The notes under the pieces were generated by a model. The model saw nothing but the letters and a program-made list of their open reading frames with translations. It ran no database searches and was not told where the DNA came from. 64,000 bases of DNA from Candidatus Woesearchaeota archaeon (GTDB taxonomy: Archaea > Nanobdellota > Nanobdellia > SCGC-AAA011-G17 > JACPIM01). Of the stretch, positions 57,254 through 64,000 are shown in pieces (position 1 is the first letter of the stretch; each line of letters starts with the position of its first letter). Location: positions 33,684-97,683 of the forward strand of contig JAGWAC010000001.1 of assembly GCA_018302125.1 (NCBI GenBank), written 5' to 3'. Made by a program: the position numbers and the translations under genes.

Positions 57254-59436
57254 AAATAGAAGAAAGTACAGAAGATATTTTAAAAAAATATAGGGAAGAA
57301 ATCTCAAGACAAATTAAATTTTCAGATCAAGAGTATTTTCCAGATGAAAACTTTTCAATAGAATATAAAATATTTAGAAAAGAGAATTTGGAAAAAAATT
57401 TAACAAGATATGAACAGTTTTGCAATGCTTCTGAAAAACTTTTAAGAGTAAGTCCAGATAAAAAAGTGATATTAAGAATTCAGGAAGCAATTGAAAGACT
57501 TCATTTGGATATAACTCCGGAAGGAGCAATGAGTTTTGCAGTTTTAATTGGCTTGGCAATAATACTGATGGGTTTTTTGACCTTATTAGTTCCTTTGCTG
57601 GTATTATTTTCTTTGGAATCTTTGCCATTGAAAGAATTAATTTCCCAAGTTCCTATTTTTCTTTCATTAGCTGTTTTAATTTCAGGATTTTTAGTTATTA
57701 TTCCGTTAAGTAAGTATCCTCTAAAATTAGCAAATGATTATAGGTTAAAGGCAAGCAATCAGATGGTTCTTTGTATTCTTTATATTGTTACATATATGAG
57801 ACATACATCAAATTTGGAAAATGCAGTAAAATTTGCTGGTGAACACTTAACAGCCCCTTTATCTTTGGATTTAAGAAAAGTATTGTGGGATGTAGAAACA
57901 GGAAAATTTGTAACAGTAAAAGACAGTCTTGATAATTATTTGATTTATTGGAAACCATATAATCTTGAATTCATAGAATCTTTTCATTTAATTCAAGGCT
58001 CTTTATATGAGCCAGATGAAATTAGGAGGGTAAGATTGCTTGAAAAATCACTTGAAACAATTTTAACTTCAGTATATGAAAGGATGCTTCATTATGCTCA
58101 AGAATTAAAAACACCAATTACAATGCTTCATATGCTTGGTGTCATTTTGCCAATTTTAGGTTTGGTAATTTTTCCTTTAATGGGTAGCTTTATTGGGGGC
58201 TTGGTAAAATGGTATCATTTGGCATTTATTTACAATATTTTTCTGCCCATAGCAATCTATTTTATTGGCACAAACTTGTTGGAAAAAAGACCAACAGGTT
58301 ATTCAGAATCAGAATTTTTTTCAAGGCAATTTTCTTTGGACAGATTTCAAAAAACTAAAATTTTAGGACTGCAATTTAGTGTTAAGTTTCTGTCAATATT
58401 ATTAGGTTCAATTTTTATTTTAATTGGATTTACCCCAATATTTATGCATTTCTTCGATTCTTCATTAGATCAGGCTGCTTTTTTAGGTTTTAAATTACTG
58501 GATTATAAATGCGTGTCAGGAAAATGCTTGGGTCCATATAGTACATTTTCAATGCTAATTAGTCTTTTAATTCCCCTTGGTGTGGCAATTGCAATCAGTT
58601 TGTATTATTATATGACAACAAAAGACATAATTAAAATCAGAAAAGAGACAATGGATCTTGAAAAGGAATTTACAGCTGCTTTGTTTCAATTGGGAAATAG
58701 GGTTGGAGATGGAATTCCAGTAGAAGTTGCTTTTAGCCAAGTAGCTGAAAATATGAAAAATACACCAGCTGGAAATTTATTCAAGCTCATTGATTATAAT
58801 ATAAGAAGACTTGGAATGGATGTTAAAGCAGCTGTTTTTGACAAGCAAAGGGGGGCGTTAAATTTTTACCCAAGCTCTTTAATTGAAACTTCTATGAAAG
58901 TTCTTGTTCAGGCAGCTAAAAAATCCCCAATGACAGTTTCCAAATCTTTGTTGACAATTTCAAATTATGTGAAAAAAATTCATGTTGTGGATGAAAGATT
59001 AAAAGATTTATTGGCAGATATAATTTCTTCAATGAAATCTCAGGTTTCTTTCTTGACTCCAATGATTGCTGGAATTGTGATTGCAGTTAGCTCGATGATT
59101 ACCACTGTAATCAATAAATTAGGTGAGGAGTTTGCAAAAGCAACAGAATTATCTCCAGATGCAACAGTAGGCATTCAGAACTTGCCGTTGGATATAATAA
59201 ATATAAAGGATGTAATTCCTGGTTTTTATCTGCAGTTAGTTATTGGCCTTTATGTAATTCAGATAGGAATTATTTTAACCATATTAGCAAGTGGAATTGA
59301 AAAAGGCATAGATAGGTTGTCAGAAAAAAATCTTATTGGTAAAAATATTTTAATTTCAACTCTTCTTTATGTTGTAATTTCAACAGTTGGAATTTTAGTA
59401 TTTAGTTTGTTGGCGAGAGGAATTTCGCAAATATAG
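57220..59436 (+). CDS. TadC/FlaJ-like polytopic membrane platform protein
   Basis: At least 9 TM helices with two cytoplasmic helical domains, as in T2SS-F/FlaJ proteins. Positioned directly after the ATPase. The alternative ATG at 57250 overlaps the ATPase stop (ATGA). Confidence 0.7.
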   Translation: MGRLVKERNEMKIEESTEDILKKYREEISRQIKFSDQEYFPDENFSIEYKIFRKENLEKNLTRYEQFCNASEKLLRVSPDKKVILRIQEAIERLHLDITPEGAMSFAVLIGLAIILMGFLTLLVPLLVLFSLESLPLKELISQVPIFLSLAVLISGFLVIIPLSKYPLKLANDYRLKASNQMVLCILYIVTYMRHTSNLENAVKFAGEHLTAPLSLDLRKVLWDVETGKFVTVKDSLDNYLIYWKPYNLEFIESFHLIQGSLYEPDEIRRVRLLEKSLETILTSVYERMLHYAQELKTPITMLHMLGVILPILGLVIFPLMGSFIGGLVKWYHLAFIYNIFLPIAIYFIGTNLLEKRPTGYSESEFFSRQFSLDRFQKTKILGLQFSVKFLSILLGSIFILIGFTPIFMHFFDSSLDQAAFLGFKLLDYKCVSGKCLGPYSTFSMLISLLIPLGVAIAISLYYYMTTKDIIKIRKETMDLEKEFTAALFQLGNRVGDGIPVEVAFSQVAENMKNTPAGNLFKLIDYNIRRLGMDVKAAVFDKQRGALNFYPSSLIETSMKVLVQAAKKSPMTVSKSLLTISNYVKKIHVVDERLKDLLADIISSMKSQVSFLTPMIAGIVIAVSSMITTVINKLGEEFAKATELSPDATVGIQNLPLDIINIKDVIPGFYLQLVIGLYVIQIGIILTILASGIEKGIDRLSEKNLIGKNILISTLLYVVISTVGILVFSLLARGISQI

Positions 59437-59461
59437 TTGCAGAAATATATATGCATATATT

Positions 59462-59692
59462 ATGACAAAAGTAATATCCTTATCTAATAAATCCTATTCA
59501 AAAATAAAAGCTATAAAAAAATCAGGAGAATTATTTTCTGATGTAGTTATAAAATTAGTAAATAAAACAAAAAAGAAACCATTAATAGGCTTTTTTGGGA
59601 AATGGCCTGGTTCAAATGAAGAAGCCGAAAATATTAAAAAAATATTAGAAAAAGGAAGAAAGAAATTTAAGACAAAAGAAGTAGTCTTTTAA
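59462..59692 (+). CDS. VapB-like (AbrB/SpoVT-type) antitoxin-like small protein, orphan
   Basis: MTKVISLSNKSYSKIKAIKKSGELFSDVVIKLV...FFGKWPGSNEEAENIKKILEKGRKKFK matches the common archaeal antitoxin pattern. No PIN gene is adjacent. Confidence 0.45.
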   Translation: MTKVISLSNKSYSKIKAIKKSGELFSDVVIKLVNKTKKKPLIGFFGKWPGSNEEAENIKKILEKGRKKFKTKEVVF

Positions 59693-59750
59693 TGTTTAGA
59701 TACAAATATTAGCATCTAATTTTTCAATTAAGCTTTTTTAAAAAAAAAGA

Positions 59751-60182
59751 TTACACTGGCAAGAAAGGCAGATATTGTGATATTAATCTGCTTACAAAAG
59801 GCCATGCAAATGGTGCTGCCTGAATTAAAGCAGTAATAATTAATGCGTGAACCCATGTTTCTCCAATGCTTCCCATTCTACCAGCTCCTCTGGCAACAAC
59901 ACCAGATCCATGCACTTTTAATATTGTAATTAATCCAATAATTACTCTTACAACAATTTCATTTCCTAAAAACGGAATTGTGCTTAATGCAGGAATTGAT
60001 TCAAAAACAAAATTCATATTCATTAAAACAAAAATAAAAAGCATAGTAACTAATAATGAATGCCAGAAATGTTTCAGAAAATGGCTTCCTCTAAAAGCCA
60101 AGTCTTTGTGAATTGCAAAGAATTCATATAATCCTAAAACTAGACCCATGTAAATTGCTGGTAAAATCAACACATCTGCCAT
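59751..60182 (-). CDS. hypothetical membrane protein (143 aa, 4 TM)
   Basis: ORF only. Confidence 0.35.
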   Translation of the reverse strand: MADVLILPAIYMGLVLGLYEFFAIHKDLAFRGSHFLKHFWHSLLVTMLFIFVLMNMNFVFESIPALSTIPFLGNEIVVRVIIGLITILKVHGSGVVARGAGRMGSIGETWVHALIITALIQAAPFAWPFVSRLISQYLPFLPV

Positions 60183-60313
60183 AAAAACTATGTTTTTTCT
60201 GTGCTTTTTAAATATTTTTATTTTTCTTCAGAATACTAACTAATTACTATTTTTCTAAAAATTAGCAATTTTTAGCAAAAACCTTTAAATATACTCTTAT
60301 TCTAATTAAATTA

Positions 60314-60919
60314 ATGTTAATAAAAAAAGCGGTGATATTTACAATTTTGCTTGTTTTTATGCTTAATTCAGCTAGTGCCCAATACTATTATGATCAAAGT
60401 TTTGATTTTGGATTTTTGTCTGTTGGTGGCGTAGATGATATCTTATATTTATATGGAATTTATTCAGGATGGATTGATTTCTTCTTGTCTTTATTAATAT
60501 TTTTAGGCCTGACTCAGGCAGTATTTGAAAATACCCATTTAAGATCTCAGTCTAAAACATTGTCTATTGGATTGTCTTTGGCTTTGTCATTTGGGCTAAT
60601 ATATTGGGAAAGGCAGACTGGTGTAACTTTATTGTCATTAGGACCATTAGCTTTCTTATTTTTTTTAATTTTGATTTATTTTGTAATTTTCCAGCTAATG
60701 CAGAAATTGGGAACAGGATATTGGACAGCAGGCGCTTGGGCCTATGTTGTTATTTTTAGTATGCTGTCAATTGTTCAAAATCCTTTAATTGGTTGGTTTG
60801 TTGATATAAATTTATTTAATTTATTGCATATGCTTTTCTGGATTGCAATTTTAATTGGTATAATTGGGTTGTTTGTAGATAGGAGAGCTCCGGCAGCCAG
60901 ACCAGTGGGGGGTCCTTGA
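60314..60919 (+). CDS. secreted/membrane protein with Sec signal peptide (ASA-QYYYD), paralog of 63008-
   Basis: Signal peptide, then the conserved SAQYYYD..S motif and several TM helices; 201 aa. Confidence 0.45.
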   Translation: MLIKKAVIFTILLVFMLNSASAQYYYDQSFDFGFLSVGGVDDILYLYGIYSGWIDFFLSLLIFLGLTQAVFENTHLRSQSKTLSIGLSLALSFGLIYWERQTGVTLLSLGPLAFLFFLILIYFVIFQLMQKLGTGYWTAGAWAYVVIFSMLSIVQNPLIGWFVDINLFNLLHMLFWIAILIGIIGLFVDRRAPAARPVGGP

Positions 60920-63006
60920 AAATGATCAAAAACTTTTTCAATTTTAAAAAACAAAAAGAAACCATTGTTTTAGATAATCCCCCTGAAAAAGAATTGGAAG
61001 ATCTTTTCCAAAATCTAAATAATTTCTCTTCATTAATAAAAAAATCTTCAAATAAGAATTTAATCTTAAAAGATTTTGATATTTTGGACTTAAAAATAAT
61101 TGAATTCATAAATAAGCATGGCAGAAATTCTTATTATGGTAAAAAAGCAGTTGAATTCTCAAAGCAGCTGTCAGAATATTATTCTTTTTTCAGGGATAAT
61201 ATTCATCTATATCTGGATGAGCCAGTTTCACAGATAAAAAAAGAAGAGCCTAAAATAGATTTGGATGCAGTTTACTCAGATTTAAGAAAAAGGCTGAATA
61301 GCTTCAAGGAATCAATAAACCAAGGAAATTTAACAGAAGACGAAATTGAAAATTTTATTTTGTTGTTCAATGATGAAATAAAGGAGCTTATGAAATTATC
61401 TGATAAAGATTACAAATTTAAATTTATTGAATTAAAAAACAAATTAATTTCATTTTACAAACAATTGCAGAAAAAAGAAGAGGAAGAACTAACAAAAAAT
61501 GCTTACGAAGCAAATTTAACATTTGTAAATTTAGTCTTAAACAGCTTTAAATCCAATTCTCAAGCCTTAATTTCTTTGATTAACTTGGAGAAAAAAACAG
61601 ACCAGGAGATTCTTGAAATAAACAATAAAATGTTTGAAATAAAGGAAAAATATCTTGAAACAAAAGAAATAATAGAAACCAAGCTTTCTGGAAAAGAAAA
61701 AGACTCTTTCTTAAAGAAATTAAATGCTGAATATAATCAAATTGATTCCTTGTATATAAATTACATAGAAAAATTAGCTTCTTTGGAAACAGAGATATCT
61801 GAAAAAATAGAAATTCCTGAAAAACAATTTTCAATAACTTTATTTGAAGTTTTAAAATCTTTTAAGCCTAATCCAATATTAAAATTAAGGGAAAACAAGG
61901 AAAAATTAAGAAAAAAACAGCAGGCAGCAGTAGAGCAGACAATAAATATTTTGACAGAAGTCCTGAATAATGCTGAATTATATGAAACAGAAGAGCTTAA
62001 GCAGATATTTACAAATAATTTCCAGGTTTATGAAAAATTCATATTAAACACAGATTATAGTTTGTTAGTTAAATCCTTGTTAGATGATTTGGAAGATAAT
62101 ATTTCCAAATTAGATGAAGAAAAAAAATTTAAGATTAAAAGAGATTCAATTGCAAAAGATTCTTACAATTTTCTTAAGCATGTAAATTCCAGTCTTCAAG
62201 ATTATTCAATAGAGGAACTCCAGGTAATTTTTGAGAAAAATCTTGAAAATTACAAGACATATTCAAAATATACTATTTTCGGCTTAAAAATAAATAATTT
62301 ATTAAATCAACTAAACACATATATAACAACAGTCTCAAACAGAAAATCAATACAAGAAGAGTTGTCAAGAGTTTTTCTAAACAAGTTGGACAAAGCAGCA
62401 ACAAATTTTGAAAATTATTCTATAAATTATCTGCAAAACGTGCTTAATAAATCTTCAGAAGAATACAATGCCTATTACAAAACATCTAAATTTGCTAGAA
62501 ATATAGAGTTTTCATTGCAGAATATTTCTAATACTCTGTCTTTGTTACAAATCCTTGTCTCCTATATAGAAAGGGATCTATCAATAACAGAAAACCAAAG
62601 ATTGTTGTTAAGAGACTTAATTTACACCACTTATTCGCAGTTTTTTTCATTTGGATCTAGTTTTATTTTTCATTTAAGCTCAAGAAGATCATTAAAAAAA
62701 CTCGAAAAAGTCTTTAATCTGGAGATTGAAAGGAAATTAATGCTTGAAGATGTTAATAATAAGATTATTTCCTTAAATTTGTCAAATAACGCTTACATTA
62801 AGCTATTGATTAATAATCTGATTAATGCAAAGAAACATCAGTCAAACGGGGATTTAAAAGAAACTTTTCTTGAATTATCAAGCAAAATATCAAAAAATGA
62901 TAAATTATCCATGAATGAGGCTATTGTAAAATTAATGGAACTTACAAATTCAGTTTTGCCATTAAGAAAAAAATCACTTTTGGAATTAAAAACAAAATTA
63001 ATGTAA
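60916..63006 (+). CDS. large Lys/Glu/Asn-rich coiled-coil protein (696 aa)
   Basis: Low-complexity heptad-rich sequence, no signal peptide. Start overlaps the preceding stop (ATGA). Confidence 0.45.
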   Translation: MKMIKNFFNFKKQKETIVLDNPPEKELEDLFQNLNNFSSLIKKSSNKNLILKDFDILDLKIIEFINKHGRNSYYGKKAVEFSKQLSEYYSFFRDNIHLYLDEPVSQIKKEEPKIDLDAVYSDLRKRLNSFKESINQGNLTEDEIENFILLFNDEIKELMKLSDKDYKFKFIELKNKLISFYKQLQKKEEEELTKNAYEANLTFVNLVLNSFKSNSQALISLINLEKKTDQEILEINNKMFEIKEKYLETKEIIETKLSGKEKDSFLKKLNAEYNQIDSLYINYIEKLASLETEISEKIEIPEKQFSITLFEVLKSFKPNPILKLRENKEKLRKKQQAAVEQTINILTEVLNNAELYETEELKQIFTNNFQVYEKFILNTDYSLLVKSLLDDLEDNISKLDEEKKFKIKRDSIAKDSYNFLKHVNSSLQDYSIEELQVIFEKNLENYKTYSKYTIFGLKINNLLNQLNTYITTVSNRKSIQEELSRVFLNKLDKAATNFENYSINYLQNVLNKSSEEYNAYYKTSKFARNIEFSLQNISNTLSLLQILVSYIERDLSITENQRLLLRDLIYTTYSQFFSFGSSFIFHLSSRRSLKKLEKVFNLEIERKLMLEDVNNKIISLNLSNNAYIKLLINNLINAKKHQSNGDLKETFLELSSKISKNDKLSMNEAIVKLMELTNSVLPLRKKSLLELKTKLM

Positions 63007-63007
63007 A

Positions 63008-64000
63008 ATGAAATTTAAGTTATTGTTGTTTATATTTGTATTATTTAATTTAGTTCCATTAGTTTCTGCTCAATATTATTATGATTCAAGCTACAGTGGA
63101 ATTTCAACATTTACATTTCCATTCTTTGATTTATCTGTAGGCAGTTTATTGGAATTATATGATTCATATCATCAATTTTGGGATTTTCTTTTGTCTCTTG
63201 CTTTGTTAATAGCTGTTTTCTCCCATACTATAGAAGATAAATTAGGCAGGCAAACGCCAGTAATTCTTGCTATAATTTTGTCAATTGGGTTTGTTTCATT
63301 TGAAAGAAAATTTAATTTTAATATTGGTGATTTAGGTCCGATAGCTGTTCTTGTTTTTCTATTATGCTTATTGATTGGAGTATTATATTTAATAAAATGG
63401 ATTTGGGGTCAGTTTTCAGAAAATAAGGGTTCTTCAATTCTCTCTTTGGTTCTATTTATTATTGCTCTTTTGGTAATTGCTGTTTTATTTTTGAAAGATA
63501 CTGGAAAAATGCCTGATCTTAGTGATGGTCAGAAGATTTTAGGTTTGGGAATTTTGGCTGCCCTCGGATATTTGTTGTTCTTGGCTTATAAATCTGGCTG
63601 GTTTTCTAGTTCTGAAAAGCCAGATAGACCTGGTATTTCAATTGAAGAGCCAGATTTAACAAGGGCAAGAAGAGCAAGAGAAACTGCAGAAGAACCAGGA
63701 GCCTCTTCAGAAAAACCATCTTTGTTTTCAAGAATATTTTCCGAAACACCAGATAGCAAGGAGTACAAAAAAATATCCCTTTTAGTTTCAGCTTTTATAG
63801 AAAATACAAAAGATTCTGAATTTAAAGAAGATTTTATTTTAAGAAGATATAATTCAACTCAAAATTACATAAAGTCTTTTGTAATAAGATTCCCAAAATC
63901 AAAATACCTTCAATCAGTTAATGAGCTTATAGCTCAATTAAACAAGGCTCTTGAGGATTATATTTCTTTCAAGCAAAATAGGGAGCAGATTGAGCAGAAT
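63008..64000 (+). CDS. secreted/membrane protein with Sec signal peptide (VSA-QYYYD), paralog of 60314-60919; runs past window end
   Basis: ATG at 63008. MKFKLLLFIFVLFNLVPLVSAQYYYDSSYSG... is open through 64000 and is not in the supplied ORF track because no stop lies within the window. Confidence 0.45.
   Translation, partial: MKFKLLLFIFVLFNLVPLVSAQYYYDSSYSGISTFTFPFFDLSVGSLLELYDSYHQFWDFLLSLALLIAVFSHTIEDKLGRQTPVILAIILSIGFVSFERKFNFNIGDLGPIAVLVFLLCLLIGVLYLIKWIWGQFSENKGSSILSLVLFIIALLVIAVLFLKDTGKMPDLSDGQKILGLGILAALGYLLFLAYKSGWFSSSEKPDRPGISIEEPDLTRARRARETAEEPGASSEKPSLFSRIFSETPDSKEYKKISLLVSAFIENTKDSEFKEDFILRRYNSTQNYIKSFVIRFPKSKYLQSVNELIAQLNKALEDYISFKQNREQIEQN

Overview
This 64 kb window is AT-rich (about 30% GC) and looks like archaeal chromosome, probably from a small DPANN-type genome. 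That inference rests on several markers: TBP, aIF-1A, aIF-2 beta, topoisomerase VI A and B, PolD DP1 and DP2, Orc1/Cdc6, membrane LonB, inteins, a PAC2 chaperone, and many short or split genes. Core content on both strands:

- A B12-binding radical SAM gene and Taw1/TYW1.
- tRNA-Phe(GAA), and a second, 101-nt intron-containing tRNA.
- CysRS, TyrRS and SerRS.
- TBP.
- MCM carrying a 549-aa LAGLIDADG intein.
- aIF-2 beta, a DUF424 protein and a minimal Nmd3-like protein.
- Two UPF0175/PIN(DUF3368) toxin-antitoxin-like pairs, one of them frameshifted.
- A P-type ATPase.
- aIF-1A and a KH (Dim2-like) protein.
- Topoisomerase VI B and A.
- LigT and an arginase-family protein.
- A replication cluster: Orc1/Cdc6, DP1, and DP2 carrying a 509-aa intein. 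Next to orc1 is an AT-rich origin with three ORB-like boxes.
- A membrane LonB protease that appears to be split into two genes by a split mini-intein (IntN 131 aa, IntC 39 aa).
- A XerA-like recombinase region holding paralogous wHTH genes around a GC-rich palindromic cluster, a C39-like peptidase, a frameshifted HTH-DUF559 endonuclease, a DUF3800-like protein and a Toprim protein.
- A type IV pilus/secretion-like locus: FlaI/TadA-family ATPase, TadC/FlaJ-like membrane protein, coiled-coil proteins, paralogous membrane proteins, and a 696-aa lysine-rich coiled-coil protein.

A promoter-like repeat is present in three copies: TACTGGACA iterons followed by GCTTATATA. Several apparent frameshifts suggest either gene decay or assembly error.
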